From positions 106,640,001-106,704,000 of the forward strand of contig NC_043004.1 of NCBI RefSeq assembly GCF_006345805.1: a stretch of 64,000 nt of DNA, given 5' to 3'. Below the pieces are notes generated by a model that saw only the letters and a program-made list of their open reading frames with translations, did no database searches and had not been told where the DNA came from. A program made the position numbers and the translations under genes. Source of the stretch: Octopus sinensis (lineage: Eukaryota). Shown here in pieces: positions 63,680-64,000 of this stretch (position 1 is its first letter; every line of letters begins with the position of its first letter).

Positions 63680-64000
63680 CAAACAAACAAAGAAAGGAGA
63701 AAGGAAGAAAGGAAGAAAGAAAGGAAGAAAAAAGAAAGAAAGAAAGGAAGAAAGGAAGAAAAGAAAGAAAGGAAGGAAGAAAGAAAGAAAGGAAGAAAGA
63801 AAGAAAGGAAGAAAGGAAGAAAGGAAAGAAAGAAAGAAAGGAAGAAAGAAAAAGAAAGAAGAAAGAAAGAAAGGAAGAAAGAAAGGAAGGAAGAAAGGAA
63901 GAAAGAAAGAAGAAGGAAGAAAGGAAGAAAGAAAGGAAAGGAAGAAAGAAAGGAAGAAAGAAAGAAAGGAAGAAAGGAGAAAGAAAGAAGAAAGAAAGAA
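58410..64000. repeat. About 5.6-kb polypurine satellite (AAAG/GGAAGAAA/GAA units), running off the window end
   Basis: The + strand is almost exclusively A/G, with rare C/T marker bases that recur at regular spacings. Confidence 0.97.

Noticed and set aside
58319-63690. Very long ORFs (1355, 1767, 570 aa etc.) of F/L/S or K/E/R
   Set aside because: They are an artifact of the polypurine satellite: a strand with almost no T, or only T/C, cannot form stop codons.

Overview
Eukaryotic, repeat-dense genomic DNA. The SINE families, microsatellite load and intron style point to an octopus (coleoid cephalopod); this is inferred from recalled repeat motifs, not a database search. The only host gene found is a minus-strand SLC1 (EAAT/glutamate-transporter family) gene of 8 coding exons from about 55086 to 11606. 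All its introns are GT-AG with consistent phases, and one intron is 25.7 kb. The predicted protein (about 967 aa from ATG 54933) is very unusual. It has a roughly 470-aa acidic, Ser-rich N-terminus with an internal 59-aa duplication. Its substrate and ion-binding motifs are heavily altered (NMDGT to NTNAG, the proton-carrier Glu to Lys, TM8 DRxRT to NRxGV). It also carries one 1-nt frameshift that is probably an assembly indel. The rest is mobile DNA and simple repeats: a young Ty3/Gypsy element with identical 238-bp LTRs, several internally deleted Tc1/mariner elements, Penelope-like, CR1, R4/Dong and RTE fragments, Helitron-like elements, MITEs and many SINEs. Other notable structures are hammerhead-ribozyme-like motifs, a perfect 246-bp palindrome, a SINE-bounded 1.5-kb tandem duplication and a 5.6-kb terminal polypurine satellite. 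No true tRNA, rRNA or CRISPR was found. Coordinates were counted by hand: exon, TIR and LTR ends are base-level, while SINE and fragment ends are approximate.
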